Shown one piece after another: positions 40,005-45,323 of a stretch of DNA of 45,323 nucleotides. This DNA is from a virus. How positions within the stretch are numbered: position 1 is the first letter of the stretch; the number at the start of each line of letters is the position of its first letter. Below the pieces are notes generated by a model. It made no database searches, was not told where the DNA came from, and was given only the letters and a program-made list of their open reading frames with translations. The stretch spans positions 1 through 45,323 of the IMG/VR virus record IMGVR_UViG_3300037714_000078. One strand, given 5' to 3'. A program made the position numbers and the translations under genes.

Positions 40005-42013
40005 CGGTTTCTCCTCAGGACCGGTACCACAAGGCACTGACACCCGGCATGGTCGCCGGGGTAGAAGTTCGAGCCGCCCTCCAGGATGGTACCGCCGGGA
40101 CGCACCGAGCGGCCGGCGAGACTCAGGTGGACGGGGTGCGGGCTGGGCCCGCTGTAGGCGTGGTGCCAGATCCACTCATCGGCCACCAGACCGTAGTCGG
40201 CGTTCATGATCTCGATCGCCCGGATCCCGAGCGCGATACCGCGCGGAGCTGTCTGCACGCCGGAGGCCGAGACGATCGGCTGCACCTGCGGGTCGGGGTT
40301 GCCCCCGAGCAGGGCCATCACGCGCTTGGCCCCGAGCCAGGCCTCAGCCTTGCCGGGGGCTCCACCGCGTCGAGCAGCCACGACCTTGGCCACCTCGGCC
40401 TGGAACGCCGCGAACGCGTCGTTGACTTCAGAGGGGTGCGGGTCCAGCGCTAGCCCGGCCAGCTTGATCTTGCGGAAAGCCCGGGAGACGAAGCGCTCAA
40501 ACTGCGGCTCGAACTTCCGGGCCGTGTCTGCCACGTTCTCGTCCTGGTTCGGGATCTCCGGACCGTAGGCGATCGCCACATCCTGGTTCGGGATGTCAGG
40601 CAGCTCGATCTTGCCGCCTTGGGCCACCGAGCGCAGTCGTGCACCGAGACGCTCCAGCGCACGGTCCCCCGCGTCGGCGATCAGGTCCTGCATCGCCTCG
40701 GAGAACTCCACGTCCAGATCAGCCAGCCGCTCGACGTTGACCGAAGACGGCTTGGATGGTGCTGGGCTGGACTCGATCGCGACGGGCTCCGTCTGCGCAG
40801 CGGCTACCGCTGCGGGTTCCGCGCTGGCCGGAGCGGCGTCCGGGATCCTGCGAGCCTCAGCCTTGGCGGCCTGCATGGCCAGCAGGCCGGGGCCGGCGTT
40901 CTCCAGGGTGGCCCCGAGCTGCTCCAGCGCCCACTCCTCACCGGCGATGCCCAGCTCTGCGGCCTTCAGCGCGTCAGCGATGGTCGGACGGCGGCGCAGC
41001 AGGCCGGCCGGGTCCGGGGTGATCTCGATGTCCGTCTCGTTGTCGAGCGCCTGCTCCAGCGCCTGTGCGAAGCCCTCACCGATCGGGGAGGCCAGCGGCT
41101 CTACGTGGTTGAGCCAGTTGTCCTCCTGAACCAGCCACGCACCCCAGTGGTTGGTGTCGCCCATCCCGAGAAGGATCTCGATCGGGATGTCGAGGATGAC
41201 AGCGAGCTGACGGATCAGCCGGTCGATGCGCTCGTGGATCTTGTCGTCCAGCTCGCCGGTCAGGCTGATGGACTTGATCTGCTCGATGTACTCGGCGGGG
41301 AACCCGATCAGGTTGGGCACCACTGCGGAGGTGGACATCTCGTCGGCGAGCGGGGCCACCATCACGTCGATGAGGTCCTGCTCGAACTGCTTCGGGTCCT
41401 GGCCGGCTCCCTCGATCGGGTAGATCAACGTGTTGAGCTGCGCCGTACGTGAACGGGCCATGGCACGCGCCTGCCCCCGGGCGAGCAGCAGCTCCCGGGC
41501 GATGTCCAGCGCGGCGAGCACCGGTGAGTCCAGGCGGGCGTCCGGGTCGCGAGGGTCCTGGTTCTCCACCCGCACGATGACGTCGGCCCGGTCCAGCTTC
41601 TTCTTGGCCTTGGTGTCGAGCGGGTTGGGGAGGATCTCCCATTTTCCGGCAGGGCCTCCGACGCGGGCGAGGTAGTAGCCGCCTGGCACCTGGAGGTGGA
41701 TCGCGGCCTTGACCTGGAGGTCGCGGATCTCGGCCGGTGAGCCGAATGCGGCTCGGAAGATCTGGTCGGTGAGATTCTCATCGGGCTCGGAGCCGTTGAC
41801 CGACATGAACCACTTCAGCCGGCCGACGAGGCGGGCCTGCTGCTGGGTGGCGTAGTGGACCTCACCGACGAGGCGGTAGATGTCCCACGCCTCGGAGATG
41901 CGCCGGTCAGCGCGCCTGGTTTCGGAAGAGTCGAACTGGCCACGGGTGGAGGAGACGGCTGCGGCCGCTAGCCCCTTGGGCTGCGGCCGGAACAGGTCCT
42001 TAACCCACCCCAT
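40001..42013 (-). CDS. portal protein fused to a MuF/SPP1 gp7-like C-terminal domain
   Basis: 670 aa. The call rests on position between terL and the protease. The C-terminus …GGSNFYPGDHAGCQCLVVPV matches the MuF-type PxxHxxCxC signature. Confidence 0.7.
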   Translation of the reverse strand: MGWVKDLFRPQPKGLAAAAVSSTRGQFDSSETRRADRRISEAWDIYRLVGEVHYATQQQARLVGRLKWFMSVNGSEPDENLTDQIFRAAFGSPAEIRDLQVKAAIHLQVPGGYYLARVGGPAGKWEILPNPLDTKAKKKLDRADVIVRVENQDPRDPDARLDSPVLAALDIARELLLARGQARAMARSRTAQLNTLIYPIEGAGQDPKQFEQDLIDVMVAPLADEMSTSAVVPNLIGFPAEYIEQIKSISLTGELDDKIHERIDRLIRQLAVILDIPIEILLGMGDTNHWGAWLVQEDNWLNHVEPLASPIGEGFAQALEQALDNETDIEITPDPAGLLRRRPTIADALKAAELGIAGEEWALEQLGATLENAGPGLLAMQAAKAEARRIPDAAPASAEPAAVAAAQTEPVAIESSPAPSKPSSVNVERLADLDVEFSEAMQDLIADAGDRALERLGARLRSVAQGGKIELPDIPNQDVAIAYGPEIPNQDENVADTARKFEPQFERFVSRAFRKIKLAGLALDPHPSEVNDAFAAFQAEVAKVVAARRGGAPGKAEAWLGAKRVMALLGGNPDPQVQPIVSASGVQTAPRGIALGIRAIEIMNADYGLVADEWIWHHAYSGPSPHPVHLSLAGRSVRPGGTILEGGSNFYPGDHAGCQCLVVPVLRRNR

Positions 42014-42350
42014 TGGCGCTCACCGCTGGGGTCTGGTCGAGCGCTACGAGCTGTTCCTGAGTCCAGGTCTGCCACCGGCTGGAGCACCCACAGCCGGACC
42101 ACGTGAAGCCGTTGAACTTCGCGGCCTTGCTCCCGCGTCGATCGAAGACGGCGTCCTCGGCGATCTCGTAGGAGCTGACCGCGCGAACGGTCTTGCCCTT
42201 GTCACCCGACTCGGCGATGTAGAGGCGGCCTCCGTGGGTGAAGGCACGCGCGAACGTCACAACACGACTGGAGTTTGTCGACAGCGGGCCCCGAACGGTC
42301 AAGGGCCATTGGTCGAACGAAGGAGCCTCTGGCACGAGATCAGCGTACAC
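42000..42350 (-). CDS. hypothetical protein (116 aa)
   Basis: Track ORF with a GTG start. Confidence 0.55.
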   Translation of the reverse strand: MYADLVPEAPSFDQWPLTVRGPLSTNSSRVVTFARAFTHGGRLYIAESGDKGKTVRAVSSYEIAEDAVFDRRGSKAAKFNGFTWSGCGCSSRWQTWTQEQLVALDQTPAVSANGVG

Positions 42351-42354
42351 GACG

Positions 42355-43044
42355 TCACGGGGTGAAGAGACGCTCCACTGCTGTACGGCGGTTGTCCTTG
42401 ACGTCGACGGTCATCTTCACCTCGGCGCTCCACACCTCGCGCCAGTGATTCGGTGCGGCGTACTCCGAGACGAACACCATTGCTCCGGCCTCGGCCCAGG
42501 ACTCCGCGACCTTCCAGAACCGCTCGGAGTCGAAGCCGTCCACCGCGCCGTACGTGGTGGTGTTGGCGTAGGGTGGATCACAGTAGACAAGGGTTCCTTC
42601 GCCTGGCGACCACGCATCGTAGGAGACATGTTGAAACTCGGGGGTGGGGTGCATCGCTGCAACCTTCCGCAGAAGTCCACGCGCGGCCGTGTCGGCGTAG
42701 TTGTACTTACCGCGTGCGTATCCTGCGAACCACTTACCTCCGAACGAACACCCAAACCCGGCGAACGACCGTAGCGCTGAAGGCTCATCTTCTCGAAGGC
42801 CTTTCCACTCCTCATGGGTGAGCGTGCTTGGCGGCTGCCACCCTTCAGCGAGCGCCTGCCACAGCAGGATCAGATCCTGATTCGCGTCCGACCCGATCGC
42901 CGTCTCGAACCACGGAGAGACCTCCGCGAACACCGAGCCGCCGCCGATGAAGGGCTCCAGGTAGGTGTGACACCGAGCCCCGTCGGCGATGAGGTACGGC
43001 GCTATCCGCTTGGCGATGCGCGACTTGCCGCCCATGTACTGCAT
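42355..43044 (-). CDS. dam: DNA N6-adenine methyltransferase (Dam / D12 class)
   Basis: MQYMGGKSRI, EPFIGGGSVF (AdoMet motif) and VYCDPPY (catalytic DPPY). Confidence 0.9.
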   Translation of the reverse strand: MQYMGGKSRIAKRIAPYLIADGARCHTYLEPFIGGGSVFAEVSPWFETAIGSDANQDLILLWQALAEGWQPPSTLTHEEWKGLREDEPSALRSFAGFGCSFGGKWFAGYARGKYNYADTAARGLLRKVAAMHPTPEFQHVSYDAWSPGEGTLVYCDPPYANTTTYGAVDGFDSERFWKVAESWAEAGAMVFVSEYAAPNHWREVWSAEVKMTVDVKDNRRTAVERLFTP

Positions 43045-43241
43045 CAGTCGATGAACCTCTCATACTCGATGTCTTCGCCGTTCAGCAGTTGAACCGAGAC
43101 ACCTCCGTCGATGGGGTCCATGCGGTTGTACTTGTCGACAGTCGAGGAGTAGTGAGCGTTGGCGATGTACTCGCGGTCGCCATGATCGGTTGACTCCAGG
43201 ATCTCTCCCTCCCAAAGAACCCGGGTCTCGAACCGACTCAT
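43044..43241 (-). CDS. hypothetical protein (65 aa)
   Basis: Track ORF. It is slightly lower in GC than its neighbours. It has start/stop overlaps on both sides. Confidence 0.55.
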   Translation of the reverse strand: MSRFETRVLWEGEILESTDHGDREYIANAHYSSTVDKYNRMDPIDGGVSVQLLNGEDIEYERFID

Positions 43242-43414
43242 CCGAAGTACCTCGCGAACAGGTCCTCGGCGTCGTAGTCGGCCGGGTCGAAGTCGGCTTC
43301 CTGGGCCGCGTCCACGCCCTCGCAGTAGCCAGCGAACCGGGTAGACGAAGAGACGGCCCCAGCGATCGCGTCGGTGATGCCCTGGATGAAGTTGCTGAGC
43401 TTGTCGGTGTCCAT
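43238..43414 (-). CDS. hypothetical acidic protein (58 aa), leaderless
   Basis: ATG 43414 lies 7 nt downstream of the -10 TAAGGT. The longer TTG-initiated track ORF would start inside the -35. Confidence 0.55.
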   Translation of the reverse strand: MDTDKLSNFIQGITDAIAGAVSSSTRFAGYCEGVDAAQEADFDPADYDAEDLFARYFG

Positions 43415-43421
43415 GAGTAGA

Positions 43422-43450
43422 ACCTTACCCTGATCATGACACTCTGTCAA
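43422..43450 (-). promoter_or_regulatory. sigma70-like promoter TTGACAgagtGTCA-…-TAAGGT, leaderless
   Basis: -35 at 43450..43445, a 17-nt spacer, and -10 at 43427..43422. Confidence 0.6.
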
Positions 43451-43459
43451 GAATGAGAG

Positions 43460-43490
43460 CCGCCCACAGTGGTGAGTTCACTGTGGGCGG
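43460..43490 (-). terminator. terminator hairpin (perfect 12-bp stem)
   Basis: CCGCCCACAGTG (43460-43471) pairs with CACTGTGGGCGG (43479-43490). On the minus strand it is followed by CTCTCATTCTT. Confidence 0.7.
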
Positions 43491-43556
43491 TTCGGGGGAT
43501 CAGGTGCCCCAGCTGGAGTCTTCTCGCATAGCGTCCACCTCCTTGGTTCGAGATGG

Positions 43557-43585
43557 ACGCTACGCCTCGACTGACAGCGTGTCAA
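43557..43585 (-). promoter_or_regulatory. sigma70-like promoter TTGACAcgctGTCA-…-TAGCGT overlapping the stop of 43582..43896
   Basis: -35 at 43585..43580, a 17-nt spacer, and -10 at 43562..43557. Confidence 0.55.
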
Positions 43586-43896
43586 GAGTCATTCGGGTCG
43601 AACCAGCCGATCATCCCGACCAGCGCGGAGACCGCCGGCCACAGCAGCGCCAGCCAGCCCAGCGGCAGGCCGAAGGCGAGCAGCCAGCCGAGCGAAGCAG
43701 CTCCCGAGATCCAGAACCCGCTGCACCACGGGCAGGTGACCAGCGTCGAGAGCCACTCCCAGCCTCGGCCCTCACGGAAGATGAAGCGCGCCCGGATCGG
43801 CTCGGTGATCGAGTCGAGGGCGATCAGCCGCCACACCCGATAGCTCGCCAGCGTCAGCAGAGGCAGGGCCAGCAGGACGGCCAGAAGTTCGCGCAT
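43582..43896 (-). CDS. DUF1360-like integral membrane protein
   Basis: Several hydrophobic helices and the CPWCSGFW motif. Confidence 0.6.
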   Translation of the reverse strand: MRELLAVLLALPLLTLASYRVWRLIALDSITEPIRARFIFREGRGWEWLSTLVTCPWCSGFWISGAASLGWLLAFGLPLGWLALLWPAVSALVGMIGWFDPNDS

Positions 43897-43897
43897 G

Positions 43898-43981
43898 GTC
43901 TGAGACTAGCGCAGCAGAACCCCCGGCCTACACCTACGAGGCCGAGGGTTCTTCGCTGCAGCGGGCGAACACGTCTCAGAC
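43898..43981 (-). terminator. nested inverted repeats (outer 9-bp stem, inner ~17-bp interrupted stem)
   Basis: GTCTGAGAC (43898-43906) pairs with GTCTCAGAC (43973-43981). GCAGC-AGAACCC-c-CGGCC (43911-43928) pairs with GGCCG-a-GGGTTCT-tc-GCTGC (43940-43959). Confidence 0.5.
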
Positions 43982-43997
43982 AACGAGGCTCAGCGTA

Positions 43998-44240
43998 TCA
44001 GGCGTCCTTGCCGAAAGCGGCGTCACGCGCCTTGCGTGCAGCCCTGATGAGCCGGTTGGCGTCGTCGCGGTCCAGGAGCGCGATGCTCCACTCAGATGTG
44101 TCCTTCGAGCCGAACGGCTGGATGTAGACCTGGAGCCACTGGCCACCGTTGGACCAGCCGATGCTGAGTCCGTCGCGCGTCTCTTGGCCCGGCTCTGTCG
44201 GCTCGGGTCGGATAACTACTTCTCGGGGCATCACGCCCAC
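43998..44240 (-). CDS. hypothetical protein (80 aa)
   Basis: Track ORF downstream of terL. Confidence 0.55.
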   Translation of the reverse strand: MGVMPREVVIRPEPTEPGQETRDGLSIGWSNGGQWLQVYIQPFGSKDTSEWSIALLDRDDANRLIRAARKARDAAFGKDA

Positions 44241-44278
44241 CTTTCATCGGTCTCCCCTTCACGGGGCTGAGCAGCAGG

Positions 44279-45323
44279 CTACCGGCCGGGCAGCCGCGTG
44301 GCAACGGTGGTCTTGTTGACCTCGGCGGCCCGCGCTCGGTGGACCCGGAGCCAGTTCAGCGCCTGGGCGAAGCTGTCGAGCTGGTCGTCATGCGTGCCGT
44401 TCGGGGCCACGGCCATCTCAGCCACCAGAGCATCCAGCCAGGCCCCGCCCATGTGGTAGACCTTGTGCGCCTCCATCAGCGGCGTGCACGCCTGCCAGCG
44501 CTCTACCTTGCCCGCGCCGGCCACCTTGATCGGGGTCACTCCGGGGATCGACGGTACGCCGGGGGCATCCTTTCGCATCGTGTCGATGATCGCCGCGCCG
44601 TTGGCCGCCGCCTCGACGAGGTGACGCGAGCACTGCGGATAGCGCGCGATCGTACGCCGCATGGTCGAGAGCTGCTCGGTGAACTCCCACCGCCCGCGCA
44701 CCACGTCGTGCAGGATGTAGCGCCCGTCGGGTAGCGACTGCCACACGGTGCCCACGCTGTAGTCCGTCTTGGCCTTGCGCTTGCGGTCGGTGGTCCCGAA
44801 GCCCAGGTCCCAGGAGGTGACCCAGGTTCCCGCCTCCAGGTCGATCGGCTCCTCGACGGCCAGGAGGTCGTCGGTGTTGAAGATCGAGCCTCCAGCGGGC
44901 GCAGGGCGCTGCTGGTAGAGCCCTGCCCAGGTATGCTCACCGACCTCCTCGCGCTCCTTGGCCCAGCGCACCAGCGCCTCGGCGATCGTCTCCTCGGCCT
45001 GTGGGGTGAGCAGCGGCTCGCCCACAGCCCGGTCGATCGGGTCGTCGGTCTCGGCCAAGGCGGGCAGCCGGAACTCCTCCCAACCCGCCTTCAGCAGCTT
45101 GCCGGCCAGGTCGTCCTCGTGCCACCGGGTCATCACCAGCAGGGCCAGCGAGGCCGGTGCCAGACGCGTGCGGGCGACCTTCAGGTACCACTGCCACAGC
45201 GCCTCGCGCTCGACCTCGGAGTAGGCCTGCTGAGCGTTCTTGATCGGGTCGTCGATGACGAGCACCTTGACCCGGCGGCCGGTCAGCGAGCCGCCAACGC
45301 CACGGGCCAGCAGCCCACCGCCG
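44279..45323 (-). CDS. terL: terminase large subunit, C-terminal part (continues upstream into 537..1 across the circular junction)
   Basis: The frame stays open upstream of the track's GTG 45265 (…GGLLARGVGGSLTGRRVK-VLVIDDP…). The C-terminal half has the RNase H-like nuclease pattern (…TSWDLGFG…, …NGTHDDQLDSF…). Confidence 0.9.
   Translation of the reverse strand, partial: GGGLLARGVGGSLTGRRVKVLVIDDPIKNAQQAYSEVEREALWQWYLKVARTRLAPASLALLVMTRWHEDDLAGKLLKAGWEEFRLPALAETDDPIDRAVGEPLLTPQAEETIAEALVRWAKEREEVGEHTWAGLYQQRPAPAGGSIFNTDDLLAVEEPIDLEAGTWVTSWDLGFGTTDRKRKAKTDYSVGTVWQSLPDGRYILHDVVRGRWEFTEQLSTMRRTIARYPQCSRHLVEAAANGAAIIDTMRKDAPGVPSIPGVTPIKVAGAGKVERWQACTPLMEAHKVYHMGGAWLDALVAEMAVAPNGTHDDQLDSFAQALNWLRVHRARAAEVNKTTVATRLPGR
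45197..45323. repeat. terminal direct repeat copy 2 (identical to 1..127)
   Basis: See copy 1. Confidence 0.95.

Noticed and set aside
45197-45323. The 127-bp end duplication as a genuine direct terminal repeat.
   Set aside because: The repeat lies in the middle of the terL coding sequence and has the size of a common assembler k-mer overlap. Without read data, the circular-overlap artefact is the simpler explanation.

Overview
The window is a complete, circularly closed genome of a high-GC tailed dsDNA phage with an actinobacteriophage-like gene set. Bases 1-127 are identical to 45197-45323, so the unique length is 45196 bp and the large-terminase gene wraps around the junction. The tape-measure gene and G/G-T chaperone pair indicate a siphovirus-type tail. 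No integrase, attP or recognisable repressor was found, so it is probably lytic. No rRNA, canonical tRNA or CRISPR array was found.

Layout:
- A 50-bp divergent control region (4088-4137) fires leftward into an Xis/AlpA-like HTH gene plus a prim-pol/P4-type helicase.
- The same region fires rightward into about 40 early and replication genes (4138-18402). These include VRR-NUC, an SNF2 helicase, a Cas4-like exonuclease, a DUF2815-type SSB, an HNH endonuclease, a family A DNA polymerase, a HIT hydrolase, a MazG-like protein and a SAM methyltransferase.
- The rest is minus-strand: terS, a mini-ORF, terL, small genes, a Dam methylase, a portal-MuF fusion and a prohead protease. These are followed by the capsid, neck, tail and lysis genes, down to 18449.

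Most interesting observations:
1. A reverse-oriented, self-promoted and self-terminated 7-gene cassette of small membrane and zinc-ribbon proteins splits the protease | capsid junction.
2. A 641-aa neck-region protein carries 12 Ser/Thr/Ala/Gly-rich repeats of about 20 aa, fused in frame to a Cys-rich connector-like domain that has its own internal RBS and ATG.
3. A scattered glycosyltransferase/methyltransferase toolkit is present.
4. The endolysin is fused to an endonuclease/exonuclease/phosphatase (EEP) domain.
5. The motif cTTGACA-N4-GTCAy recurs as a promoter/operator, often with leaderless starts.
6. A 41/42-bp inverted repeat carrying four TTGACG hexamers lies between the primase gene and terS.
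7. A structured spacer carries tRNA-half-like hairpins.

All functional calls rest on motifs read by eye. No database search was possible.
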